NCBI RefSeq assembly: GCF_037042905.1
Contig: NC_087251.1
Location: forward strand, 7,192,001-7,256,000
Length of the DNA: 64,000 nucleotides
From: Lytechinus pictus
Lineage: Eukaryota
Reading direction: 5' to 3'
The translations under genes were made by a program, and so were the position numbers. The notes under the pieces are model-generated. The model was not told the origin of the DNA. It worked only from the letters and a program-made list of their open reading frames with translations, and did no database searches. This document shows positions 29,529-41,221 of this stretch, piece after piece (the first letter of the stretch is position 1; each line of letters starts with the position of its first letter).

Positions 29529-29636
29529 TGGGGTCCCGTAACACAAATGTTAGCGATTAATTGTACATTGTAGTCAGCAATCAATCATTAAAAAAAGGCT
29601 CTGCGATGATCGCTTAGCTTTGTGTTATGGGCCCAA
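29529..29636. mobile_element. Hairpin MITE, GGGCCCGTAACACAAAG family
   Basis: ggggtcccgtaacacaaa ... ctttgtgttatgggccc. Confidence 0.75.
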
Positions 29637-29985
29637 GGTAACCTTAACACAAAGAGATAAAATCAATCCTTACAATTGATTTTATTATTTTGTACATAAA
29701 ATACCATTGTGTTTTCTAATTTACAGGGTCTAGAATGTAAAGACATGAACTTTGGTGGTGTTTCGCAAGAATTAAGTGTTGACTAAAATCGCTTCTAAAT
29801 TTCCTGTTGCATATGGTACATGTATATAACCCATCGCTGCATTGGTTAGATTCCCTTGTTAGATCACGCACAAGAGATGCAAACTACTGTGTATTCATCA
29901 ATGAGATAACATGTTGAATACTAAGTGCAGGTTAGCATTTGTATGACTTTATTAAATTCATACTGAACTTTTTGTGAAAAACCTC

Positions 29986-30147
29986 CAGGGCTCCATGACA
30001 CAAAGATTAGGGATCAATCGCTAAATGAACTGACCAATCAATATCAATGTTACACGCGCATTAGGTTTAAAATACTGACCAGGTATCAATCAGTGCAGTT
30101 CTTTCATATTTGCAATTCATCGCAAACCTTTGTGTTACGGAGCCCAG
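29986..30147. mobile_element. Hairpin MITE, GGGCCCGTAACACAAAG family variant
   Basis: cagggctccatgacacaaag ... ctttgtgttacggagcccag. Confidence 0.75.
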
Positions 30148-30232
30148 ATCTACTCTACCAGTACCGAGTAGACTTCTTGTCCCTCATTTTAATTTTCTTT
30201 CTGACTTCAATTATTTTCTCTATCTTTTTTAG

Positions 30233-30360
30233 GACATACATCCAAGGGAACGGAAGTCTTAGTCTTGACAATATAATAGCTGATGATGAGGGCGTATTTC
30301 AGTGCGTATGTAACAGCCCTCATGGACGACCGCATGCCAGTGCCAGACTGACTATAGCAA
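30233..30360 (+). CDS. PTK7: PTK7 coding exon (Ig3 C-half)
   Basis: ttttag|G ACA TAC...GCA A|gtaagt; TYIQGNGSLSLDNIIADDEGVFQCVCNSPHGRPHASARLTIA; phase 2-1 fits neighbours. Confidence 0.92.
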
Positions 30361-30699
30361 GTAAGTACACAAAGTTTCCTAATTAGTGAATCAGGAAGGA
30401 CTGAGGAGGTAGTATCTGTAGTAAAAGATCACTTGTACCCTTAGCTCTGGTGTGAATTTTCTGGAGGGGGGGGGGGGGGTGGGGGTCATGTAGATTCAAC
30501 GTAATTTAATTGTGTGAATATGTGATCAATTATTCACTCAAGTACTTAAACCATTCAATCAATATCGTTTAGTCACCATACATCTGTATATGACATTGCA
30601 ACAGTTGTATACAGGTAACTCAGTGGTCAGGATCATCCCATCCCCTCACCCCCCCTCCCCAACTCACTCCATGTGCAAATTGGATATGCACACTATCCA

Positions 30700-31149
30700 A
30701 GACATATTCTCATTATACTTTCTAAAACTATTTACTGGAAATCGGTTCAAGGAACCAGTATGGAAGATCGCTTTGCTAGCGTTCCCATTTGGCCAGCCGA
30801 AAGTGGTTTTCAAACCCACTTCACATAAAGTGGCCTTGTTGCTATGGAAAGTGGGGGCGACATTTTTCGCGCGAAATTTTAAACCGCACCATAGATATTC
30901 TCCATACAGTGTGTGGATTAGCGCGCTCAAAATGTGCGAAGATCGCTTCCCGAAGAACAGTGGTGTCCTCACTTAAGCTAAAACCAATTTAACGAGGGAC
31001 AGCGATCTTGAAAACTACATCGTGAGGTGGTTTTACAAACTGGTTTGGAAGATCGCTTCCAAGACCGCTTAGACCGTTCTCATTACATGTTAAACTAGTT
31101 TCCACTAAACTAATTCCAACTAGTTTTAGGACGGTAATGAGAACGGGGT
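30700..31149. mobile_element. GC-richer MITE fragment
   Basis: Repeated gaagatcgcttcc motifs; terminal ttctcattac / gtaatgagaacggg inverted motif. Confidence 0.55.
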
Positions 31150-31398
31150 TCAAGTAATGCTGCACTGGTACTTATCTCTCTCTGACATTACAGAGAGCAA
31201 TAGATCAAACCACAAATTCTTATAATGCTGTTGATTCAGGTGTGAACCAGATCTACATGGCAAATGAGACAGCTGGTTGGATATTAGCTCTACATTCATG
31301 TTTGAAGTGGTCTGTAATAGATGGAATCACAACTTCACTTTTTTAGTTTTGCCGACAGCATCATGCTATTGTCAGCTAAGAAACATATGGTATGTACA

Positions 31399-31973
31399 CC
31401 CGGGGGGGGGGGGGGGGGCACTTCCATTGACGAGTGGATACCATGCGCGACCATGAGGTCTCGAAAAGCACCCTAAACACGTATTTTCCATATTCTGAAA
31501 ATGCACCCCTTAACAAGTATTGGCCTGTATAACCCTACCCTTAACAAGTATTGGAAACAAAACGATACTCTTGGCAAGTATCCCCTGAATTGGACCCTTA
31601 AACAAGTACAGCGATATTTCAGTCGGTCGTCGGTTTACCTTTACCTACATCATTGGGTTTAGTACAGCCCCACCTCCCCACATCTCGCGCAAATCGTACT
31701 CTAAACACGTAGTGTTGACTCTTGGGGCAAAAAATACATCCTTTATAAAACATTTAGTCTTAAGTTTTTGTACCCTAGCAAATTTGACCCTAAACACGTA
31801 GCTTTCCTAGCGAAAATAGATACGCTTTTTTCATTATTTAAGTGTTTTTGACCCCCTTATTACGTTAAGTATGTAACGTGCCCTATCTTGAAAAAGACAT
31901 CCTTTTTTACGTGTTTTTTTGGTCGCGCATGATATCCACTCGTCAATGTAAGTGCCCCCCCCCCCCCCCCCCG
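31399..31973. mobile_element. CCCGGGG(n)-ended MITE with target-site duplication
   Basis: TIR polyG-CACTTCCATTGACGAGTGGATACCATGCGCGACCA / TGGTCGCGCATGATATCCACTCGTCAATGTAAGTG-polyC; direct repeat TATGTACA (8-9 bp) on both flanks. Confidence 0.88.
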
Positions 31974-33935
31974 TATGTACACTGATAAACCATATTTTCA
32001 TGCCCATAGAACTCAAATAAGAAAGCCATATCAAGGTAGATCAATCCAATAAAGAGGTGAAGGTGAATCAATTTATATTTAGGACAAAGGTCAATGGTTA
32101 GTTCTCTGGGATGAGATATTGAGGTCAGATCATAGGTTGTTTTTGCCATAGAAAGGCTGTAGGACATGTGATCATTGGCAAACACTCCAGAAAACTCAGA
32201 TCTAGACCATTGATATCATATTTTGAAGGGGAAAAAATGTATTTATTAAATTTCGTAGCGATTTCACTGTAGATGAACTTGGGGTCACAATAGTGTCAAA
32301 CCAAACAAGCCTTCATCCAAATACCTTCCTCCTTCCCCTTCCCTTATTTCTAGGGGGTCATGATATTGACCTTACATCCAAATCATATCAAGATTAGTAT
32401 AAACCCCTCAAGGTGAAATATCCTTTGAGATTTGGGAACAGAAAAATGGCAGGGATTTATTTCACCTTTTTTTCTTGTAGAATTCTCAATTTGCAAGATT
32501 TGATCTTTTGATTTTCCTCTTCACTATACTTCCTGAATATTTGTTTATTATTTCCCATGATCCCTTCTCTTTCTATTTCCTTTTTGCATTATGGACTCTT
32601 TCGCTCTCACATCACTGATTATAATTCAGATAATTACGGCTAAATGAAAAGATGATGCCAGTAGTTATATTACGTTTGAAAAGAGGTAGTTACTTCAGTG
32701 CTGGCCTATTATTTCAATTGCTAATGGGACAATCTATCTGTACATATCTCCCCAGAAGTTTTCTCCCACAATTGTCTCTTTCTCTTTCATTGTTTATACA
32801 ACCAACATGAGATAAGCTTCCTACCATCTGGTTGACTTCTTTGCTTGATATTGAATGTATAAAAGTAGTGTTCCCTTGTTTGATATTCAACCCACAACTA
32901 TGTACAACCCTAGAGGACATTATGCTCAACCTATTCTATCATCAGTAAGGTCAATAACTTGACCCACCCCAGCAAGGCATCTTGGGATATCTAAACTCCG
33001 AACAGCTGTCTCTTAGTGACAACATTCATGGCATCCCTCTAATGTGCTCTAACGTCTTTGGCTTTGCATCAGAGATGTACATTCTTGATTTCATTTTTAC
33101 CTGAACAAGAGAGCGCAGATTATATTTTCATTGAATTATTACTTAATTCAAAATAAGTTTAAAGGCTTTTTCCTCCCTTAAACAATACATATTTTGTATG
33201 TAAAGCCCCAGCATACACATTAAATTTGCAAAAAATTTATTCTGAGTTATTAGAAGAATTACAATGTGAGGGAAAGAAGAATTAAGGAAAGGAAATGAAA
33301 GGAATTTATAGTGGTGAAACTAGCTGTCACATAATTCATGTAGCCATATTAAATTGAAAATCCAATCACACGATCAAAACATGCCCCCAAAATATGGATT
33401 ATGAACTCTGATAGATCCAGGACAGATATTGAGCTGAAATGATTTACACTCTATGTAATCTTGATTTTCATCTTACCTATTCCCTTTGTGTCACAGGGGG
33501 CTGTGCACTGGGTAGTTGTGCCCAATGTTTTTATTTCCTTTGAAGTTGAAATATACTTGGAAGAAGGATAATTTAAGTAATACACTTGCACTTGAATCCA
33601 ATTAATACCTATGATGTAAAAAAATAAAAAAAATATCTCAATGTTCTCATTTGATACTCAAATTTTCTTCTATTCAATAATAGAATATACATAACATCAT
33701 GGAAATGAGTAGTCATGTACCAATGAACATTATTCATATGTTTATATAATTTTGTTTTCAATTTCATTTTATTTTTTAAAGGAAATATTATTTTGTTTGC
33801 TGATGCTTAAATTTGTGAGAGGACTTTTTAGCTTGTGTCTCTATCTCATCACAGAAATGTTAACATAATGAGAAAATGTGAAAGTTTTGTACATGTTTTC
33901 CGAATTTAATTCTTAATGGCATCTCATTCTTTCAG

Positions 33936-34229
33936 CGTTGAACCCTCTACCAGAGTTCGAAGACCAATTAATCCCAGAAGGCAACACAAAGAGCATAAAC
34001 TGCTTGTATCCAGAAGGAACAGAGTCTGGTATTCCTGCACCATCCATACATTGGCTGAAACCAAGCATGCGTGAGGTACCTTTAGATGAAACCAAGAGGA
34101 TACGTGTGGAAGAGGAACGAAATCTTCTCGTCTTCGATCCTATCAAGAAATCTGATGAAGGCAACTATACATGTGTGTCCAGTAACATGGCTGGTGAAAC
34201 TACACAGATACTTCAAGTTATGGTTGCTA
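33936..34229 (+). CDS. PTK7: PTK7 coding exon (Ig4)
   Basis: ttcag|CG TTG...GCT A|gtgagt; LNPLPEFED...CLYPEG...PAPSIHW...DEGNYTCVSSNMAG. Confidence 0.93.
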
Positions 34230-34848
34230 GTGAGTATACTACAGGGTGTTCCACAAAGATTTATGTGTGATTGAAGGGGTGAAAAGTGTATTACCGTTTC
34301 ATTCAAAATAAAGTATGTTAGAATTTGAAGTCATAATTAGAACTGCATTTTATAGTACCTCAATAACCTCATAAGATTAATTTGTTAATTGAAGGCCTTG
34401 GCTTTTAAAGTGAAACAATAATTTCATTTGACTGATTCCTTGAAATAATCATATTAATACTTTTTTTCTGGTAAAAATGAATACTATACCAATGGCAATG
34501 CATGTGTGGTATCTTTACAATACAAGAACATTAAACACACACACACTGAAATGACTCTACTCCAGTTTATCAGTCTATCTCTAAGTGAGGAATAATCTGA
34601 AATACAGGATTTTATGTGTTGGATAATGCCTGCATACAGAGAGATGCTCCAAATACCAATACTCTTTATATATGGTTTACCTCACACAAATGTACTTAAA
34701 AATTTAATTTTAAATATTTTATTGTGAAAATAAAACAAAATGCCATGGACCAGATGAAGTGACCCAACCAATAAAAGAAAACATAGCCAGCATTTATACT
34801 TTTTATAAACTTGATAATCAACAAGTTATGATTCTAATCATTTCTCAG

Positions 34849-34982
34849 CTGTACCAAAGATTACCACCAAACCTATGGATGTCCACATCCGAGAGAATCA
34901 AGAGGCCACACTTCATTGCAATGCTACTGGGACACCTACACCAACCATCAGCTGGACATTTGGAAATAAAGCTATCTCAAAT
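34849..34982 (+). CDS. PTK7: PTK7 coding exon (Ig5 N-half)
   Basis: tctcag|CT GTA CCA...AAT|gtaagt; VPKITTKPMDVHIRENQEATLHCNATGTPTPTISW. Confidence 0.92.
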
Positions 34983-35782
34983 GTAAGTAGTCAAATTTAT
35001 AGTATGAATTATATCCAATGATGAGGCTGCTAAGTATTGCATACAATGTAAGAGGATGGAGAATAACTTTTGTTGCCATTTTAGTGCTGTTCTAGTCATA
35101 TTTGACCTTGATAAAATTTAAAGGGACAATTCAGGCTGAAAATTATTTGAATGAATAGAGTAAGAATTAACAAGTGAAGTTAAAACACACTGAATTTGGA
35201 TGAAAAATAGAGTTGTGTCATTCTTAATTTTAGTATTATTTGTTTAAACCATCTTTTCCATGTTTTCATGAATATGTAGTTGAGCGAGCTGATGTTATCT
35301 CCCTGCTTGAATTTCTATTGTATTTCATGTAAACTATTCTAATCCTCCTCATTGCTGTAACGTTTTCTTTTTTTTTGCAAAACAAGGGAGATTTTTCTTT
35401 TATAAGTCATTCAGATTTAAATTTATAAAAAACAAAAAGGAAAGTGGCAATGTGAATAATGCTAATTTTTCAGACAAGAGTACCTCTTTAAAATTTGATA
35501 TGCATACCCATTCAGATGGAAATGAAGGTGATTTCAACAAAAATGGAAGCAGGGATGTGGATAATCATATTTCATCTTAGAGTAACTTTTAAAACAGTCA
35601 TGTGCACATCCACTTGGATGAAAATGAAATTGATTTCCACAAATCTACAATTTCATTTATTTTAGTATGTGAGACGAATTTCATCAATACATCATATGAT
35701 ATATCAAACATTTCTACTTGATATTTGCTAGAATGCACTTCAGGTGCTCCATGCAAGATATATTTTTTATTATCTAAATAGG

Positions 35783-36363
35783 CCCCCATTCCACAGAACG
35801 GAGACCATGATCTTCAAGATCACTGAAATTCGTCATCTCTATGGAATGGCTCAGAAAGACCCCTCAAAAAACTATGAAAGACTGATGGATATTTCTTGTC
35901 TTTCTGGTCTTAAACTAGTCCGATAGAGATCTTTCAATGGTCTTTCAGAGATCTTTTATGCAACAAGTTATCTTTCAGAATTCTTTCCATGGACTTTGCC
36001 TGGTCTTTCAATGATCTTTGAATGATCTTTGAATGATCTCTCATGAGTCTTAGAGTGATCTCCGCAAAAATCTTGAGACTGCCGAAAGATCATTGAAAGA
36101 CTATTAAGACCTTTGAAAGTTCATCGAGAGACCGCTGAAAGACTGCTGAAAGACCACTGAAAGACCATTTTCCTGTAAGACTGTTTTGAACCGTTTCAAA
36201 GTTTTGGAGCCCATGAAGACCACAAAGACCACTGAAAGATTGGTCAGGGCTCATGTAAGACTTCAAAGACCATTGTAGGTTCAGTGAGAGACCTCTGAAA
36301 GATCAACCAGAATTCATGGTCTTTCAAAGGTCTTTCAGCGGTCTTGTTCTCTGTAGAATGAGT
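35783..36363. mobile_element. MITE built of GAAAGACC/GGTCTTTC micro-repeats
   Basis: ccattccacaga...gagacc / ggtctt...tctgtagaatg inverted ends; many gaaagac units in both orientations. Confidence 0.65.
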
Positions 36364-36465
36364 GTGAATTCACCCCTCCAGGTACAAAAGACAAGCAATT
36401 TATGAGATTGACTCTTGGTATCCAGATTTCATGTATGAAGGTCTCTTTGAATTTTTTGTTTACAG

Positions 36466-36601
36466 AAGCAAGGTATTGATTTACTGGATGATGGATCCCT
36501 TGTAATCAACAGTGCTACAACTCGACACAATGGGACATATACATGTAGAGCTACAACAGTAGCAGGAATAAAAACTGCATCTGCTACCATCTATGTTGAA
36601 G
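36466..36601 (+). CDS. PTK7: PTK7 coding exon (Ig5 C-half)
   Basis: ttacag|AAG CAA...GAA G|gtaata; KQGIDLLDDGSLVINSATTRHNGTYTCRATTVAG; phase 0-1. Confidence 0.92.
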
Positions 36602-37153
36602 GTAATATATTCTTAACCGGACCATATCTTATAAAAAATAACTATCTTTAAAAATTGCTTTACATTTTTACTTAACATAGTCACATTAAGAAAATTTATA
36701 TTTATATACCGTGGGGACATTATAAAGGAGGGGAAAGTTTTTTTTTTAATGTGATGAAAAATGCATTTTGAAGGAGTGGAAAAAAAATGCCCTTAAAAAA
36801 AAAAATTCAATGAAAATAACTTTTCTGTATTATCAGATAGCCAAAGTACTAGCATAGCAAGCTTTGAATTCTGACTTCAGACTAGTCAGAACTGTATTTC
36901 AAGAGCTCGGTCGATCATTAAGCTTGGGTCTATATCTTTAAGTAGTAGTACAAGAAAGTCTTCCTTGTAAAAGAAGGACGTTAAACAAATATGCCAAGCA
37001 TTCATTTTGAAAACATAGCGGAAATTATATATGATTGTATATTTGGATGAACTAGCAATTGTCAAGGAACATTGCCTGTCTATTCTCAGATTAAAATACT
37101 TTTTCATCATTTAGTAATCACATGTTCTGTTGTTTATGTCTGTATTTTTACAG

Positions 37154-37426
37154 CTATTTTGAGGTTCAATCCACGCCCCATTACTGCAACGACTTTAGAC
37201 CGTGGTGAGGTCAATCGCCTAGTGTGCCATGCTACGGCTAGTATCCAACCTCATATTGTCTGGTACAAGAAAGGTTTGATTGGATCATGGCCAGATCACA
37301 TTTCTGAACCTAACCTAGGAGTTCTGGAATTTGACCCAGCTCAAGCGAGTGATGCTGGAACATACATCTGTATTGCATCCACTGGTCTTGAAAGGATTAA
37401 TTCCACTGTCAGAATTGAAGTAGTTG
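37154..37426 (+). CDS. PTK7: PTK7 coding exon (Ig6)
   Basis: ttacag|CT ATT TTG...GTT G|gtaggt; LRFNPRP...LVCHATASIQPHIVW...DAGTYICIAS. Confidence 0.93.
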
Positions 37427-37855
37427 GTAGGTATAACATTGAATTATATTGACTAGATGAGGAATCACTGATACTGTTCATGTGCAGAGTTACAGTGTTT
37501 CTAAGATAAGATATTTGTATACTTTTTTAGTATAGTTGATATATTCAAGTTTCTTTACATGACATTGGTTATCTGAATCCCATTATATGTATATCTTATG
37601 GTTATAACTGTAATGTATATTAATTGGTGAATTATGTTTATATATGGGATTGTAATGGACTAAACAGATACAATGACATGCAATTAATACTTGTAAGACT
37701 TAACAAGAATACTTGCAAGAGTAAACAAGAAATGCATAATCTATGAAAAATATCTTATGGTTGGTGTCTTCTTTCAATTTTGAGAGTACTTATTCTCGTA
37801 TGTCATAGATTGGGAGACAAATCATAATTTCTTATTGTTTTATTTCCATTAACAG

Positions 37856-38122
37856 TTAAACCCAAGTTCAGAATCATCCCGAACAACACCATAGGATTTG
37901 AGGGCTATTCTCTGAAGATTGACTGCACAGCGTATGGAGACCCTGAACCAACAATTACCTGGATGAGTAAACCAATCATAAATTACCCTGATCATTTCAC
38001 TCATCTACCTAACGGTACCCTCATCATCCAAGAGGTTTCTGCTAATGATGCTGGTAGATATCAGTGTATTGCCGGTAGTGATGCGGGTCTCAATACAACA
38101 GAGATAACACTATCTGTTCAAA
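37856..38122 (+). CDS. PTK7: PTK7 coding exon (Ig7)
   Basis: taacag|TT AAA CCC...CAA A|gtaagt; KPKFRIIPNNT...IDCTAYGDPEPTITW...NGTLIIQEVSANDAGRYQCIAG. Confidence 0.93.
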
Positions 38123-38296
38123 GTAAGTTCTTGTTTTACACCTCGTCTTGTCAGTACGGAGCTTTAGATTTGTGTACGTGTGAGACAAATGCTGTCGTTC
38201 TGTCTCTCATTACTTCATTTTCTCACAAACTTTCTTGGCCAATTAATAGTCCTCTCAAATCTAAAGGTCATGCCCATGAGATGCCTGATACGTTGA

Positions 38297-38499
38297 CATG
38301 ACACTGCTCCTGTGACAATTGCTCCAGGCTATAATTTTTCTAAGATATAGGGTTAGGGTTGCAATTGGTTTTTATGTTATGTTTAGGGTTAGGTTAAGGA
38401 AAGTGAAAAGTATTAAATTCAGGGTTGAAGTATCAAGTCATTTGATTTGTGTGTTGAATTTGTATATTGGAGCACTTGTCACTGGAGCATATGTCATGG
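38297..38499. repeat. Interspersed repeat with telomere-like AGGGTT tracts
   Basis: catgacactgctcc...tagggttagggtt...tttagggttaggtt...ggagcatatgtcatg. Confidence 0.55.
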
Positions 38500-38806
38500 A
38501 ATCCCTGATACATCATAACACTTGGAGGGTATTATTTGCAGAAAAAAATTGTATCTATTGAATTTATCAGAGTTAAGGGTGCTGATTTCTTAAATTGCAT
38601 CTTCACAAAATCAAAATCGAGTTTGCAAACAAGTGTAGGGATAAAAAATTTTAAACTTCCTACTGATCTGTCTTTTTGTTTGTCTAATTTTGTTCAAATC
38701 TATCTGCTAATATAGGAGAGGCTGTGACAATGTAGGTATCTAATTGGGAATAAGAGATTATGAGGGATGGGCAAGACTTTTAACTTATTGTTTGTTATGA
38801 TTTCAG

Positions 38807-39157
38807 AGGGTACACCTCCTGATCAGCAGCCAGTCCCAGCTCAGGTCATGACTAGAACCATAGCTATCGCCGTCGGGTGTGCTGCAGCCTACATCTTCCT
38901 AGTAGTTGGTCTCATGCTGTGGTGTCGTCAGAGACGTCGGCGGTACAGACGAAAGATGAAGAACATGGAGAAACCCAATGGGACAGTAGCAGGAGGAGCC
39001 AATAATAAGATGTTAAATGATTGTCATGATGGAGAGAATGGGAAGGTTGCTGATGGAGAGATAGCTTTGAATCCTACTCCATCTAAGAATCATCAAAGAG
39101 GGAGCTATGATAAACTCCAGTTCCCAAGACATGATATGCAGACCATCACTACTATAG
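38807..39157 (+). CDS. PTK7: PTK7 coding exon (transmembrane helix and juxtamembrane region)
   Basis: tttcag|AG GGT...ATA G|gtaaaa; MTRTIAIAVGCAAAYIFLVVGLMLWC then RQRRRRYRRK, and DKLQFPR; compare human MIQTIGLSVGAAVAYIIAVLGLMFYC...DKMHFPR. Confidence 0.95.
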
Positions 39158-39910
39158 GTAAAACTTAATGCTGGTTAATTGAACTAAAGTTGATTTAGAG
39201 CAAAAGGTAGATTTCTTTAGAATTGTCATATGTTCAGGATATAGCAAAGTGAAATGTTTTCTGGAATGAGATTATGATTATAATGATTATATAAAATGGG
39301 CTACATATACTTTGCATTCAGCCTGCAACTCCTGCATTTTCGTACAATAAAAATCAAAATTCAAGAATTTCATCATGGTAATTGACAATGAAGTTAAAAC
39401 AAGACAACCTTTTACAATGAGGAGACAAATAGTATTGTGGTACCTTGACCAAGAGCTGTTTACGTTAATCATAATTAATGCGCGTGCAGATTGAAAGAGT
39501 GCAATATTGTAAAGATGATGTTTAGAAATTCCCCATTGGTGAAGGGAGGCAACATACAGAGGAAAATCTTTATGGGAATTGAAAAAAAAACATGTGTTTA
39601 TGCTTTGTGCAACAAAGCTTCTTTATTTGCCCAAGATCCCCGAAATGAGTAGGGCAAAAAAAAAAAACACGAACATACCTTTGGAATGGATGGACAGCTA
39701 TAGAGCATCTGATGTAAGTAATCATATGTTTATTAGTTAATCTAATTCAATTACATGCAATAGATTTAAGTCATGAAGAATTATGTTCAAGCTAATGATG
39801 ACATTGTTCATCTGTTATTCATTATATTGCTCTGTAAGCCTAGATTATAGATCACAAAATAGTTACTGTATTGTGTGAATGATAATGAAGCATTTATCTG
39901 ATGATTTCAG

Positions 39911-40143
39911 GTCATGGAGCCTACGGCGAGGTAACGCTAGCGAGGGCAGCAGGCATCAAAGATGGTGAGGAGGCTACTACAGTGATGGTCAAAGCTCTAC
40001 AGACCAAAGAAGAGTCATTACAGTTAGATTTCAGACGAGAGATTGAGATGTTAGGCAAGCTGAATCATGAGAACATTGTGAAACTCCTGGGTGTGTGTAG
40101 GGATAGTGAACCACAACTCATGATCACAGAGTATTTAGATTGG
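39911..40143 (+). CDS. PTK7: PTK7 coding exon (kinase N-lobe)
   Basis: tttcag|GT CAT GGA...TGG|gtgagt; GHGAYGEV...VMVKALQTKEESLQLDFRREIEMLGKLNHENIVKLLGVCR. Confidence 0.96.
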
Positions 40144-40645
40144 GTGAGTGCATTGTAGGAAAGGATGACTGAAAAGACATTTTCAACTGGATTTATAGAT
40201 GCTTTAAAAGACATAAAAGATGAGATTTTGAAGAAAAATATTGCTATTGCTGAACATTTATATAACTTGTGTAGGTATGTTGATGTCACCAAGTACCTTC
40301 TTTGTAAAAGCATGGAGTATTATATTGATACATAATTAATTTTTCAAGATTTAACCAAGTGTTCATGTAGTTAACTCTTTGATCCCAAAATACTTCATTT
40401 AATAGAATGATTGAGGTGAGTCTATATCGTTGCTTTTTTTAATATCTAGCAAAATTGATAGTGTGTGGAAATAGATAAAAAGCAAATTTTGTGTGTGTTG
40501 TATTTAAATTGTTCAAATCTGAAAAAATAATTCTTTATGAACTCGGGCAGTGCTGAATAAAGCAGATTATGTGTTGTCATATTGCTTAATATTTGTCTTT
40601 CTGAATGTAGATTAATTATTTTTTTTATGATTTGTTTGATAACAG

Positions 40646-41221
40646 GGTGATCTGAAGCAGTTCTTGCAGGCAACACGTGGTGAGAATGGCACCAAGAACG
40701 TACCACCTCCGTTGACCCTTAGTCAGAAGATAGACATAGTCAACCAAGTAGCTCTAGGTATGGAGACCCTGTCAGCCAATCGGTTTATTCATGGTGATCT
40801 AGCTGCTCGTAACTGTCTTCTATCACCTTCAATGGAGGTGAAGATCTGTACCATGTCTGTAAGTCAAGATCTCTACCGCCCAGAGTACCATGAGTACCAC
40901 CAGAAGCTCATCCCGGTCCGCTGGATGCCAGCAGAAGCCATCTTTGAGGATGAGCTCTCTGCAAAGAGTGATGTCTGGGCTTATGGGATCTTTGTATGGG
41001 AGGTATTCAGTCAGGGAATGTTACCCTATTCACAGCTGGATAACGATGCTGTGATGAGAGCCATGATAGATGGTGAGTTGATGCTGGAGACGCCATCGGA
41101 TACACCAGAGGAGATAGAGCTGATGATGCATCGATGCTGGGCTGATAGTCCTAAAGATCGTCATAGCTTCTCCGAGATCACCCATCACCTTGGACGCATC
41201 TCAACTGATAGCCGTGTATAG
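40646..41221 (+). CDS. PTK7: PTK7 last coding exon (pseudokinase C-lobe, TAG stop)
   Basis: aacag|GGT GAT CTG AAG CAG TTC; GDLKQFL...HGDLAARNCL...VKICTMSVSQDLY (no DFG)...PVRWMPAE...KSDVWAYG...RCWADSPKDRHSFSEI. Confidence 0.97.
   Translation, partial: GDLKQFLQATRGENGTKNVPPPLTLSQKIDIVNQVALGMETLSANRFIHGDLAARNCLLSPSMEVKICTMSVSQDLYRPEYHEYHQKLIPVRWMPAEAIFEDELSAKSDVWAYGIFVWEVFSQGMLPYSQLDNDAVMRAMIDGELMLETPSDTPEEIELMMHRCWADSPKDRHSFSEITHHLGRISTDSRV

Noticed and set aside
38345-38400. TTAGGG-like tracts as interstitial telomere
   Set aside because: Few degenerate units embedded within a short interspersed repeat
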